A DNA stretch of 59,106 nucleotides from Candidatus Hydrogenedentales bacterium (GTDB lineage Bacteria > Hydrogenedentota > Hydrogenedentia > Hydrogenedentales > SLHB01): NCBI GenBank assembly GCA_041859045.1, contig JBHELB010000051.1, positions 1 to 59,106 of the forward strand, written 5' to 3'. The position numbers were made by a program, and so were the translations under genes. This document shows, piece after piece, positions 25,252 to 34,609 of the stretch (within the stretch, counting starts at the first letter, position 1; each line of letters opens with the position of its first letter). Under the pieces are notes generated by a model. It worked only from the letters and a program-made list of their open reading frames with translations, was not told the origin of the DNA and did no database searches.

Positions 25252-26324
25252 TCGACGATCTCCAGTTCCTCCGATTCGCGCCGCACGACCCATTCCCCTT
25301 CGCACTGCGCGTTCTGATTCGGCATAAACCCGCGCGCATAGAATCGAAACGCCGCGGAAGTCACCCCGAGCTCGATCCCCGTCAGCGTGATGTGTTCGAC
25401 GACCGCCGCCGGAATGCTTTCGGCGATCGCGGCATCGCTGACGAACGGCGTGTCGTCGTCTGTACCCTCCACGCGATCAGGTCCGCGGCGACGACCGACC
25501 AACTCGGCCGCGAGTCTCTCCGCTTCACCCGCTTCAGGCATCGCGATGCTTATGACCATACGCAGCACCGCTTCCGGAGCGGTGTTCACATTAAGCGTGC
25601 CGTCGCCGTACACCGTCAGAAGGTCGATCAGTCCCAACTGCAAACGCCCATCCGCGTTGTCCACAGGCGGAAACGCATCGCCGTCGTCCTCATTCGCATC
25701 GAGAACTCCGTTATGATTGGCGTCCTCCCCAAAGAAAAGTTGCGGACTCACTCCTTCCACGAACAGAAGCTCCTCGATCTGCGTCAAGTCGTCGTTCGCG
25801 GGTTGGCAGGCGGGCGTCTTGCGCGAATACCAATCGCTTTCATACGCGCCGACATCGTCGGCATCGCGCCAATCACAGATGGCGGAAGCTATTTCCGCGG
25901 CGTTGCCGGTGACGCCCGCCTCAAGGAGCGCTTCCGTGAACAGTGCGGCTGACGCCGTGTTTACGTTGATTTTCCCGCCCTCGTCGCGCGCAAGCAGGGA
26001 CAGTTCGAAGGGATGTTTGAACGTAACCGCGCCGGCGTCTGCTTCCAATAAGGCGGCGCTATTGACGACAAGTGTCCTTCCCCACGCGCCGGAATAGCTC
26101 GCTACGGAATCGTCTCCCTCGTCGCGCAGGAGACGCATGCTTCGCTGGATTCCGGCCGACAGCAGTTCACGCTGCTCAAGCTCGATCCGCGCCCATTCCT
26201 CATGTCGCGTCCCCAGCCGGACGCGAGAGGTAAGCGAGAGCGCCAGCAGCGAGAGAATGGCGACGCTCCAAAGCGTAACAACCAGGATTGTCCCGTCCGT
26301 GTTTGTTGTCGTGCGGGTCCTCAT
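25230..26324 (-). CDS. gspK: T2SS minor pseudopilin GspK
   Basis: N-terminal 'ILVVTLWSVAILSLLALSL' typical of GspK. The start overlaps the gspJ stop (ATGA). Confidence 0.7.
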   Translation of the reverse strand: MRTRTTTNTDGTILVVTLWSVAILSLLALSLTSRVRLGTRHEEWARIELEQRELLSAGIQRSMRLLRDEGDDSVASYSGAWGRTLVVNSAALLEADAGAVTFKHPFELSLLARDEGGKINVNTASAALFTEALLEAGVTGNAAEIASAICDWRDADDVGAYESDWYSRKTPACQPANDDLTQIEELLFVEGVSPQLFFGEDANHNGVLDANEDDGDAFPPVDNADGRLQLGLIDLLTVYGDGTLNVNTAPEAVLRMVISIAMPEAGEAERLAAELVGRRRGPDRVEGTDDDTPFVSDAAIAESIPAAVVEHITLTGIELGVTSAAFRFYARGFMPNQNAQCEGEWVVRRESEELEIVEWHDSQL

Positions 26325-26947
26325 CGCGCCGCCTCTCCGCAGGGCGCGAACAGACAACGCTGAATAATTGGAGAATCGCCCGGCGCGAGCGTTACGACAA
26401 TCGCGACGGGTAGACGCGTGTTGTCGTCCCATGTGGGCACGCTATTTCCATTGGCGTCGAGATAGTCAAAACGCAGTTCATGCACATTCTCCAGCAGGAC
26501 GGTTTCGCGCGTCTCGTCCGCGAGAGGCGTTTTCGCAACATAGGGCTGTTCTCTACGGACGAGTCTTTGTCCCGAGTTCTCCTGATCCTCCTGAAGCGCA
26601 TACGTTACCTCGCACCACACGCTTCCGATCCCCGCGCGCTGCGTAGCGCGACCACACAGCGTGGTTAGCGTTAGCATTTCGTCACCGGCATCGCGCAGGA
26701 CTTCTTTGAGCGGCGGCTTGTCCTTTTGAACTCTGCTCATTCCTCGCACATCCCGGGAGAGCGTCGCCAGCGCCCACTCTCGCTGCGCCAATGCCGCCTG
26801 GTGACGGCACACGCTCCGCCAGGAGTTTGCCCCTGTCCGCAGTCCCACCACGAGAACCGACATCACGAGCCCAAACAGCGCGAACGTGACCATCATCTCG
26901 ATCAGCGTGAACCCTCGCATCCCCACGCGGCCCCTACGTTCCTGCAT
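26321..26947 (-). CDS. gspJ: T2SS minor pseudopilin GspJ
   Basis: Prepilin-type N-terminus 'MRGFTLIEMMVTFALFGLV'. Confidence 0.65.
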   Translation of the reverse strand: MQERRGRVGMRGFTLIEMMVTFALFGLVMSVLVVGLRTGANSWRSVCRHQAALAQREWALATLSRDVRGMSRVQKDKPPLKEVLRDAGDEMLTLTTLCGRATQRAGIGSVWCEVTYALQEDQENSGQRLVRREQPYVAKTPLADETRETVLLENVHELRFDYLDANGNSVPTWDDNTRLPVAIVVTLAPGDSPIIQRCLFAPCGEAAR

Positions 26948-27344
26948 GAAAAATGGTCCGCAACGCATACAGCGGCACGCTACCGGCCGCTGTCTTGCGC
27001 GTCACCGTCAGCCCGAACACGGCAAAGGGCGTTCCATCCGCCGCAGACTCCAGGCGAGCACTCCACGCGTACCCCTCATACGGCGTCCCGAATTCTCCGC
27101 TCAGTTCCCCCTCCTGGCCATCAAGGTCCTGCCGCCGCAAAACCAACGCTTGCCGCTCAGCAAGGAGTCGTCCAATTTCACGCTGAGCCAAGCCGCTTTG
27201 GGCGCGGGTGGAGTTCGCGATGCACCAAAGCAGCGCGCCGAAACTTGCCGACAAAATCGACACGGACACGAGCACTTCCGCAAGGGCAATGCCGCGTCGG
27301 GCCGCAAGAGGGAAGTGAGCGCCAAGCATAAGCGGAGCGCTCAT
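26934..27344 (-). CDS. gspI: T2SS minor pseudopilin GspI
   Basis: Prepilin-like 'RRGIALAEVLVSVSIL'. The 136-aa size fits GspI. Confidence 0.65.
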   Translation of the reverse strand: MSAPLMLGAHFPLAARRGIALAEVLVSVSILSASFGALLWCIANSTRAQSGLAQREIGRLLAERQALVLRRQDLDGQEGELSGEFGTPYEGYAWSARLESAADGTPFAVFGLTVTRKTAAGSVPLYALRTIFHAGT

Positions 27345-27907
27345 GACGCGCCCTCATGCGCCGCCAGGCGCTCATCGTCTCCGTACACCAACCGAACGTC
27401 ATCCACCCAAAATCCCAGCGCAATACGCGCGCTTCGTCCATCGCCGTCCACAAGACGTATCACCGTCGGAACCATCACGCCGCTGGGTTCAAGCAGCAAA
27501 ATTGGCGGCCTCAACGCGCGTCCATCCTGCTCGATCCTGTCCAACGTCACCCCGGCGGGAAAATGTCGCCGCTCATCCCAGTAGGGGTCTTGAAAGGGAA
27601 CAAAGCTGACCTCCAGGCCCGGCTCGCGCTGCTGGCACAGAAACCCATACCCGCCGCTGTCCGGATGCACCTCGAACCGAACCTTGAGTTGACGCCGCAA
27701 TGCCTCGAGGCGTGCAGCACGAATCTCCTCACTCAAGCGCGCAGCGCTGTCCTTCAGTCCCAAAGCGCGGACACCTCCGCTGAAGCGCGGCGCCCCAATG
27801 GCCGCCAGCACGGCGATCAACACGGCCACCAAAAGCAGCTCGACCAAGGTAAACCCATTACCCCGCCCCTGCGGCCGTGTCTTGATCTTTCCGACGTACG
27901 TTCGCAA
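27341..27907 (-). CDS. gspH: T2SS minor pseudopilin GspH
   Basis: 'GNGFTLVELLLVAVLIAVLAAIGAP' prepilin cleavage/methylation motif. Confidence 0.7.
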   Translation of the reverse strand: MRTYVGKIKTRPQGRGNGFTLVELLLVAVLIAVLAAIGAPRFSGGVRALGLKDSAARLSEEIRAARLEALRRQLKVRFEVHPDSGGYGFLCQQREPGLEVSFVPFQDPYWDERRHFPAGVTLDRIEQDGRALRPPILLLEPSGVMVPTVIRLVDGDGRSARIALGFWVDDVRLVYGDDERLAAHEGAS

Positions 27908-28448
27908 TGTCGTCTTCCGTTCCCAGTTGCCCGTCCATCCCGTTCGAGATCACGTCATAGTCCACGCTAAGTTCGCCCGGACAGCGATACGTTAACGCCC
28001 GTCCCCAAGGGTCCAACGGCAATTCCCGGAGATACGGCCCATTCCACGCGTCCTCCTGAACCACTGCGGGCGGCTTGGTCACAAGCGCCTCCAGCCCCTC
28101 CTCCATCGTGGGGAAGCGCCCCGCATCCAGCTCAAAGTTGTCCAGCGCCGCCGCAACGGATTGGATCGTGGCCTTGGCGGCGGCCCGCTTTGCGCGTTCG
28201 GTTCGCCCCGCCATGCGCGGCAGCGCAATCGCCGCAATGACGCCAATAATGATGACCACCAACATGAGCTCGATCAGCGTGAACCCCCGACGCCATCGCG
28301 CGGCGCGGTCTGCCGAATCCTTCACCCGACACCCCCTCTCAACACCGGATCCCACAACCCAAAGACCATGCGTGCTATCTGTACTATTGTAGATATAACA
28401 CAAGGAGGCGCGAATTTCAACCCCCGCGCAACAGCAAGCGGATTGCAC
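27858..28448 (-). CDS. gspG: T2SS major pseudopilin GspG (true start probably downstream of 28448)
   Basis: 'RRGFTLIELMLVVIIIGVIAAIALPR', a canonical GspG N-terminus. The ORF track start gives an implausibly long leader, so a non-ATG start nearer 28330 is likely. Confidence 0.7.
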   Translation of the reverse strand: MQSACCCAGVEIRASLCYIYNSTDSTHGLWVVGSGVERGCRVKDSADRAARWRRGFTLIELMLVVIIIGVIAAIALPRMAGRTERAKRAAAKATIQSVAAALDNFELDAGRFPTMEEGLEALVTKPPAVVQEDAWNGPYLRELPLDPWGRALTYRCPGELSVDYDVISNGMDGQLGTEDDIANVRRKDQDTAAGAG

Positions 28449-28586
28449 AAGGCAGTTTTTCTTCGCTCAGCTCGAGTGTCTTGAATAAACGCGTAGGGGC
28501 CTGGCGGTACGCATCTTCAAGTACGGCGTGGGTCGGCCCAAAAGAACAGGCCACGTCATTTTTGAAAATGCGGTAGGTAATCGACG

Positions 28587-31070
28587 CTAGTCTCGGGTGG
28601 CGTCCTGGAGGGCCTGCGCCAGGGCCTTCATTTGGTAGGGTTTCTGGATAAAGCCGCGCAGCCCTTTGCTGATAAAGCGCCCGGTGATGTCCTGCTCATT
28701 GTAGCCGCTGCAAAGCACCACCCGCACGTCCGCGCGAATCCGGCGCAACTCGCGGAAAGTCTCCTCGCCGTCCATGTGTGGCATCGTGAGATCCAACAGC
28801 ACGCAAGCGATCTCATGCACCCGTTCCTGGAACACCGCCAGCGCTTCACGTCCGTTTGCGGCGGTGAGCACGCGGTATCCCAAACGCTCGAGCATCGCCG
28901 TGGCGACCTTGCGAATCGCGGGCTCGTCGTCCACGAGCAGAATCAGGCCATTTCGATCGGATTGGGGTTCGGGTTCCTGCGCCGCCAGACCATGCGAAGC
29001 GGAGTTGGCCGCAGGGAAGAGGAGCTTGAACGTCGTTCCCGCGCCGGGCTCGGAGTAAACCTTGATCGCGCCATGGTGGCCACGCACAATCCCGAGCACG
29101 GCGGCCAATCCCAGGCCGCGCCCCGTGAATTTCGTGGTAAAGAACGGCTCGAAAATCCGCGCGACGGTGTTCTTGTCCATTCCGCCGCCCGTGTCCGACA
29201 CCTCGATGAACGCATAGAGCCCTTCCGCCAGCTTGCCGTCCAGGTACACTTCCGAAAGATACGCATCATCGCAAATCATCTGCCCCGTCGAGATCGTGAT
29301 CAGCCCGCTGCAATCGCCGATCGCCTCCGAAGCGTTCACCACCAAATTCATAATGATTTGCCGCAGTTGGGTCGGGTCGCCCTCAACTGTCGGCGTCGGC
29401 TTCGCCAGATTAAGCTTGAGCACCGCCTTCTTGGAGATCGACACCTGCAACATATGCAGCATTTCTTCGATCAGCTCGCGCAAGTGGATCGGCTGCACCT
29501 GGAACTTGCCCTTGCCGGAATAGGCCAGCATCTGGCGACACAGATCGGCGGCGCGGCGCGCGGCGCGCTCCACCTCCACAAGACTCTCCCGGTAAGGCGC
29601 AACCGGCGAGGCCTCGGCGAGCACAAGGTCGACATGCCCAAGAATCGCCATCAAAATGTTGTTGAAATCGTGGGCAATGCCCCCGGCCAACACCCCAAGA
29701 CTCTCGAGCTTCTGCGTCTGCAACATCTTCGCTTCAAGACGCTGCTGCTCTTCTTCGAGACGCTTGCGGCGCACGAGCTGGGCCATTTCGGTCATCAGCA
29801 AGGTCACTTGGCGTGCGTCGCTGCTCGAGTAGTCCGTGGCTTTGTTCGCCACCCCCGCCACCAACACAATGCGGCCGTCATCAAGCACCGGAACCGCTAA
29901 GTAACGATGGAGCGGCACGTGGCCGTCCGGCGTGCCCTTCTTGGCGGGATGGGGATCTTCATAACGATTGACGATCACGGGGCGCCGTTGACGAACCGGC
30001 TCGCCGAGCAAGCCCGCTGTCTCCACATCATAAACCATGCGCTGTTTGTCGAGGGCGCATTGATTCATCACGGTCTTGGACCACGCATGCATGGTCAACA
30101 CCGCCTCGTCGGAACTCAGGAATGCGACGAAACCGATCTCGCTCTGTGTGAGGCGAACGGTCTCTTCCAACGCAAAATTACAGACCTCGTCGCTTGTGCG
30201 AAACTGCGCCTGGCTCAGCCGAAGCAGCGCCTCAAGCCGTTCCTCGTCCTCGCGATGCCGTTCCTCGTTCCGCTTGCGATCGCTGATAATTTGGAACAAA
30301 ACCGACACGCCGTTGGGATCAGGGTACGCGCGCACTTCATACCAGTTGGTGTAAGGCGCGACATCGAAATACGTCTCGAAGGAAACAGGCACTCTCTCCT
30401 GAACGACGCGTCGAAAGTGCTCTTCAAAAATAGAACCCTTCGTCTCGGGAAACGCGTCGAAGAAACGGCGTCCAACGACCTGCTCGCGAGAAATCCCCAA
30501 ACTCCGTTCGGCCGCGGCGTTAAAATAACGCACCGTCAAATCATGCGTCATCGAAAAGAAGGCGTCGCTCATCCCCTCCAGAATGCCGACCAATTCCGTG
30601 GCGGTGGTGCGCAGGGCTTCCTCCGCATGTCGGCGCGCCGTTACTTCCGCCATCGCGCCGACGACGCCCGCCACGCGTCCCGCCGCATCACGCAACGGGA
30701 AATAACTGCATAAGTAGTCGCGCGCCGTATCCGCCGCGTCGCGCGGCGCAACGCGTAGATCGATCCCGGTCACCGGCTCCGCGCGCTCAATCACCGGACT
30801 TAGAATACCGCGCAGGCCAGAAGCGAGCAGCGGAAGCGCATGATCCAGTTCCCTGCCCACCAATTCCTGCACGGGCAGCCCCGTAATGTCCGACATGGAC
30901 TGATTGACCTGGGTAAAACGGTACTGAAGATCGAGCGCGAACAGCCCCACCGGTGCGTTATGGTAAACCTGCTCGAGGTGGAGCGGCCCAAGCGCAGGGC
31001 TGTGGCCGCGCACATCGTCAAAAAGATTCTGCTCTCCCTCAGAGCTGGTCATGGCATCTCCTGGGCCCAT
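28587..31070 (-). CDS. Hybrid sensor histidine kinase (PAS/GAF sensor domains, HisKA, HATPase_c, C-terminal receiver)
   Basis: H-box 'GIAHDFNNILMAILGHVDL', N/G boxes 'LVVNASEAI...DTGGGMD...GRGLGLAAV', and receiver 'LILLVDDEPAIRKVATAMLERLGYRVLTAANG'. It lies directly upstream of, and co-oriented with, the T2SS operon. Confidence 0.85.
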   Translation of the reverse strand: MGPGDAMTSSEGEQNLFDDVRGHSPALGPLHLEQVYHNAPVGLFALDLQYRFTQVNQSMSDITGLPVQELVGRELDHALPLLASGLRGILSPVIERAEPVTGIDLRVAPRDAADTARDYLCSYFPLRDAAGRVAGVVGAMAEVTARRHAEEALRTTATELVGILEGMSDAFFSMTHDLTVRYFNAAAERSLGISREQVVGRRFFDAFPETKGSIFEEHFRRVVQERVPVSFETYFDVAPYTNWYEVRAYPDPNGVSVLFQIISDRKRNEERHREDEERLEALLRLSQAQFRTSDEVCNFALEETVRLTQSEIGFVAFLSSDEAVLTMHAWSKTVMNQCALDKQRMVYDVETAGLLGEPVRQRRPVIVNRYEDPHPAKKGTPDGHVPLHRYLAVPVLDDGRIVLVAGVANKATDYSSSDARQVTLLMTEMAQLVRRKRLEEEQQRLEAKMLQTQKLESLGVLAGGIAHDFNNILMAILGHVDLVLAEASPVAPYRESLVEVERAARRAADLCRQMLAYSGKGKFQVQPIHLRELIEEMLHMLQVSISKKAVLKLNLAKPTPTVEGDPTQLRQIIMNLVVNASEAIGDCSGLITISTGQMICDDAYLSEVYLDGKLAEGLYAFIEVSDTGGGMDKNTVARIFEPFFTTKFTGRGLGLAAVLGIVRGHHGAIKVYSEPGAGTTFKLLFPAANSASHGLAAQEPEPQSDRNGLILLVDDEPAIRKVATAMLERLGYRVLTAANGREALAVFQERVHEIACVLLDLTMPHMDGEETFRELRRIRADVRVVLCSGYNEQDITGRFISKGLRGFIQKPYQMKALAQALQDATRD

Positions 31071-31418
31071 GGTTGGACCTTGGCTCGATGCCCGTGCCCA
31101 AGATCACGGACGATCACCTTACTCCACGCGGCGTCTTGCTTAACTACGCCCTGACATATGCAGCCCACGACGGAATCTTATTACGCCCAGACTGCAAAAG
31201 TAAAGTTTTTCGTAAAACCCGCACAGATGACCATCTTAGCCTATTGCTAGATAGGCATATGCGCGAATTCTAATTCTATCCCGTCTTTCGTAGAATTATC
31301 TGGCGTGCGCAAAAGAAACCCCGCCCGCAGTCATTCTCCCAAAGCGCCCCGACCGCCTCCCTCCACTTCCAGCCCCTGCTAACGAAACAACGGCGCTTAC
31401 TCGTCTCTAGAGTGACTC

Positions 31419-31525
31419 TAATGCGTTTTCAAAAACCGCGTAGCCGCCGCTTTTCCCCAAGGACCCCACTGTTTTTGAAAACGCATAGCGCCAAGCGGCT
31501 ACGGTATTACTTGAAACGCTCTAGG
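31419..31525 (+). repeat. Structured intergenic repeat, copy B (perfect 16-bp stem 31421-31436 / 31471-31486, then conserved tail)
   Basis: 'atgcgttttcaaaaac' and 'gtttttgaaaacgcat' are exact reverse complements. The downstream 'atagcgccaagcggctacgg...cttgaaacgctctagg' aligns with copy A at 8104-8145. Confidence 0.5.
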
Positions 31526-31569
31526 GGAACGAGAAGCCACATGCTTCAACAACCAAAGAAGGGACTGTC

Positions 31570-32100
31570 ATGCACTCCATCGCCGTACGCGCCGATCAAC
31601 CCTTGCTGCCGTCATTCCTATCACGGGCAAACAAAGCCCAGCACGAGTATATTTTTCATGCGGCGCGCGCGAACGAGCTTCCCCGGGTGTACTTTCATCC
31701 CCGACCGGGCCCAAACCTCTTTGACGTCCAGCCCGGCTCCGGAGTGGCGATCTCGCTGTGTCAACATAAGGAGATCGCGCGCTACGCCCGTATCTCGGCG
31801 GCGACTTACCTGCTCACCGCCGCCTTGCTCGGCATAACGCAATACGCGGTCTTGGAGCAGAATCCGATCCTCGTGCCGGAAGATTTCCGCCATGACGCCC
31901 CGACGCGCTGTTTATTCGGATGGAGCGAGGCCAAGCAGGATCATTCGCTGCGCTTTGATGAGCCCTTTATTTGCCCGGGATGCGTCCAGTTCTATCACTG
32001 CATGGGCGCTGATAGACCCCTTAGCGCATTGTACGAGCTGCTTCGCCCCTCCGTGTGGCGGGAAGACTACGTTGAGGACGAACGGGTATTGCTGCGGTAG
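31570..32100 (+). CDS. Hypothetical protein with C-terminal Cys/His cluster (CPGC...HC)
   Basis: 176-aa ORF ~45 nt downstream of repeat copy B. It carries 'FICPGCVQFYHCMG', a possible zinc-binding motif. Confidence 0.5.
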   Translation: MHSIAVRADQPLLPSFLSRANKAQHEYIFHAARANELPRVYFHPRPGPNLFDVQPGSGVAISLCQHKEIARYARISAATYLLTAALLGITQYAVLEQNPILVPEDFRHDAPTRCLFGWSEAKQDHSLRFDEPFICPGCVQFYHCMGADRPLSALYELLRPSVWREDYVEDERVLLR

Positions 32101-32511
32101 TTACTCGTCGCCCATCAGATCGTGCCAGGCGTTCTCCTGCGCAACGACGTTGAGCGACCGCTCATACCGCGCGACAGCGTCGGGACCTTGGTAGATCGTG
32201 AAGATCTTGTTGAGATTCGTGATCTCGAACACCTTGGTGATATCTGAATTGAGACCGCACAAGCGGAAGGTTCCCCCAACCGCCTTGACCCCCTCGTTGA
32301 TTCGAAGCAGTTCGGTCAACACCGCGCTCGACAGATAATCCACTTGCTCGAAATCGAGCAGAAGATGCAGGCCCGGCTTGGCCTTGACGCACGCCATCAC
32401 GTCCTGACCGAACCGAGCCACATTCATCGCGTCCAGCACGCTGGCCGCCTGAATGCGCCCCACTGTAATCCGCGCCTTCTGTTCAAACGCCACTAGCGCC
32501 CCGTCAGACAT
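32101..32511 (-). CDS. STAS-domain anti-sigma-factor antagonist (SpoIIAA/RsbV-like)
   Basis: 136-aa STAS-fold pattern 'LLLDFEQVDYLSSAVLTELLRI'. Confidence 0.8.
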   Translation of the reverse strand: MSDGALVAFEQKARITVGRIQAASVLDAMNVARFGQDVMACVKAKPGLHLLLDFEQVDYLSSAVLTELLRINEGVKAVGGTFRLCGLNSDITKVFEITNLNKIFTIYQGPDAVARYERSLNVVAQENAWHDLMGDE

Positions 32512-32977
32512 GGGTCGCTCCTCCCTTGCACAACGCCTTGCGCTTCATCCGCATCTCCAGACAACGCTCAGCCGTATTATACGTCACCGAATCCATACAA
32601 TGCCGGATCAATACAATCCCACGCCCGCCCCCATTGCAACAATCGGGAGTCTCCACCTGCTCCGGAGAAAAACCGCCGCCTTCGTCATACACTCGAATAC
32701 AACAGCGCTCTTCTCCCTCATCGATCAACTCCACCGAAACCCCCAACGTCGCGTCGCCATGGTTTCCATGCACCACCGCGTTGACCAGCGCCTCCTCCAG
32801 ACACAACCGGGCATAGAACACTTGCGAGGGCTCAATCCATCCTCCCTCCTGAAGTGCCTGCAACGCTTCCGGCAGCACCTTCCCCACTTCGTTGAGGGTG
32901 CTGGCAAAACTGCGTGCAAAAAACGCCTGATCCGCCAACGCCGAATGCTCCTTCGCGCGAAGCAATCCGCTTCGCAT
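32504..32977 (-). CDS. Anti-sigma regulatory factor (Ser/Thr kinase, HATPase_c_2; RsbW/SpoIIAB-like)
   Basis: 'LEEALVNAVVHGN' and 'VYDEGGGF' are GHKL ATPase motifs. It overlaps the STAS gene, which indicates translational coupling. Confidence 0.75.
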   Translation of the reverse strand: MRSGLLRAKEHSALADQAFFARSFASTLNEVGKVLPEALQALQEGGWIEPSQVFYARLCLEEALVNAVVHGNHGDATLGVSVELIDEGEERCCIRVYDEGGGFSPEQVETPDCCNGGGRGIVLIRHCMDSVTYNTAERCLEMRMKRKALCKGGATHV

Positions 32978-33188
32978 CGTCTGCCCGTGCCGACGTACCT
33001 CTGACCGGCACCAGCCACGCTAGAGAATACCACACTCCCGCGAGCGAAGAAACTACTCCGCAAGCATGCGGAATGCTCCTCCTATTAGGCGATCCCCTGC
33101 GCACGATCTTGAAGCAGCCGACAGCCCCTCTCGCGCTTGCAGCGAAAAGGGACGCGCGCTAATCTATACACAGAGGCAGCGCTCGAAT

Positions 33189-34547
33189 ATGAAACAAACA
33201 AAAGAAACTCCTTCCGTCCTCGTGGCGGTTTCCGACGTGGCCTACGGCGGTTCGTTGGCGCGCCAGTTGACTCAGGACGGTTGCCACACCGATCGCGCCC
33301 ACGACGCGCAAGGCGTGCTTCGCATGGTCGCCCGGCGAAACTACGATGCCGCCGTGCTGGACCTTGACCTGGGCAAGGAAGGCACCGTCGAGTTGGTGTC
33401 GTATGTGCGCCGCAAGAGCCCGAACACAAAACTTGTCCTTCTTTTCGAATTGACGCAAGTAGACCGCGCGCTCGAAGGCATCCGGAGAGGGGCCTTCTTC
33501 TATCTGCCGAAACAGTGCCTGCCGTCGGATGTCGCACTGGTGGTCGGCAAAGCCCTGCGGGCCCGCCAAACGGAATCGGCGGCGCAGCGTTACGAACGAG
33601 ACATGTTCGCGGAGACCATTGGCGCGTCGAAAGCCATGCATCGCGTAGTATCGCTGATCGCAAAAGTGGCCCCAACGGATAGCACCGTACTCTTGCTGGG
33701 CGAAAGCGGCACAGGTAAGGAGGTGTTGGCCAATGCGATTCACCGCCTCAGCCAGCGGCGCGAGATGCCCTTCATCGCGATCAACTGCGCGGCATTGCCC
33801 GAACCGCTGCTGGAAAGCGAAATGTTCGGCCATGTGAAGGGGGCGTTCACAGGGGCCGACGCCGACAAACGCGGACTGTTCGAGGAAGCCTCCAGCGGCA
33901 CGATCTTCCTCGACGAAGTGGGCGACATGGCCCTGATCACGCAAGCGAAACTACTGCGCGTCCTGCAAGACGGGGAGATCCGCCGCGTCGGCGCATCCAC
34001 GTCGCAACGTGTGGACGTGCGCGTCATCGCCGCCACAAACCGCGACCTCGAGCAAGCGGTGGCGCGCCGGGAGTTTCGCGAGGATCTTTACTTCCGCCTC
34101 AACGTCATTCAGATCCGCATACCGCCATTGCGCGACCGCATGGACGCCCTGCCCAAACTGGTGGGCCATTTTGTCGAACGCTTCGCGGCGCAGTACGACA
34201 AGCCGATCTTGCAGATCGACGACCATGCGTTGGCGCTGCTACGCGACTATCGCTACCCGGGCAACGTGCGTGAACTCCAAAGCATCCTCGAGCATGCGGT
34301 GATTCTGGCGGACGACGGTGTGATCCGCGCGCATGACCTTCCCGAGCAGGTTCGGCGTGAAGGTACGCGCCTGGCGCTCCCGGACTACGCATCGGACGAC
34401 GTGCTGCCCTTGACGGACAGAGAGGCCCAAGCAATCCGGGCAGCGTTGGCAAGGCTGAATGGCAATCAGACAGAGGTGGCGCGCCGTCTCGGCATCTCGC
34501 GCTCGACACTATGGCGCAAGATGAAGGAATACGGCATTTCGGGATAG
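33189..34547 (+). CDS. Sigma-54-dependent response regulator (NtrC family: receiver, AAA+ sigma-54 activator, Fis-type HTH)
   Basis: 'LLGESGTGKEVLANAIH' Walker A, 'GAFTGA' loop, 'LDEVGDM' Walker B, and C-terminal 'VARRLGISRSTLWRKMKEYGI'. Confidence 0.9.
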   Translation: MKQTKETPSVLVAVSDVAYGGSLARQLTQDGCHTDRAHDAQGVLRMVARRNYDAAVLDLDLGKEGTVELVSYVRRKSPNTKLVLLFELTQVDRALEGIRRGAFFYLPKQCLPSDVALVVGKALRARQTESAAQRYERDMFAETIGASKAMHRVVSLIAKVAPTDSTVLLLGESGTGKEVLANAIHRLSQRREMPFIAINCAALPEPLLESEMFGHVKGAFTGADADKRGLFEEASSGTIFLDEVGDMALITQAKLLRVLQDGEIRRVGASTSQRVDVRVIAATNRDLEQAVARREFREDLYFRLNVIQIRIPPLRDRMDALPKLVGHFVERFAAQYDKPILQIDDHALALLRDYRYPGNVRELQSILEHAVILADDGVIRAHDLPEQVRREGTRLALPDYASDDVLPLTDREAQAIRAALARLNGNQTEVARRLGISRSTLWRKMKEYGISG

Positions 34548-34570
34548 CGCCCGCCCAATAAACGAAAAAC

Positions 34571-34599
34571 GCCGGGACGAAAACGCTTCTCGTCCCGGC
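34571..34599 (-). terminator. Rho-independent terminator hairpin between convergent genes (10-bp perfect stem 'gccgggacga'/'tcgtcccggc')
   Basis: Perfect inverted repeat with a 9-nt loop. On the - strand it is followed by 'gtttttcgttt'. It lies just downstream of the - strand M4 peptidase stop (34610) and 24 nt after the + strand NtrC-like stop. Confidence 0.55.
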
Positions 34600-34609
34600 G
34601 CACTTCAGC

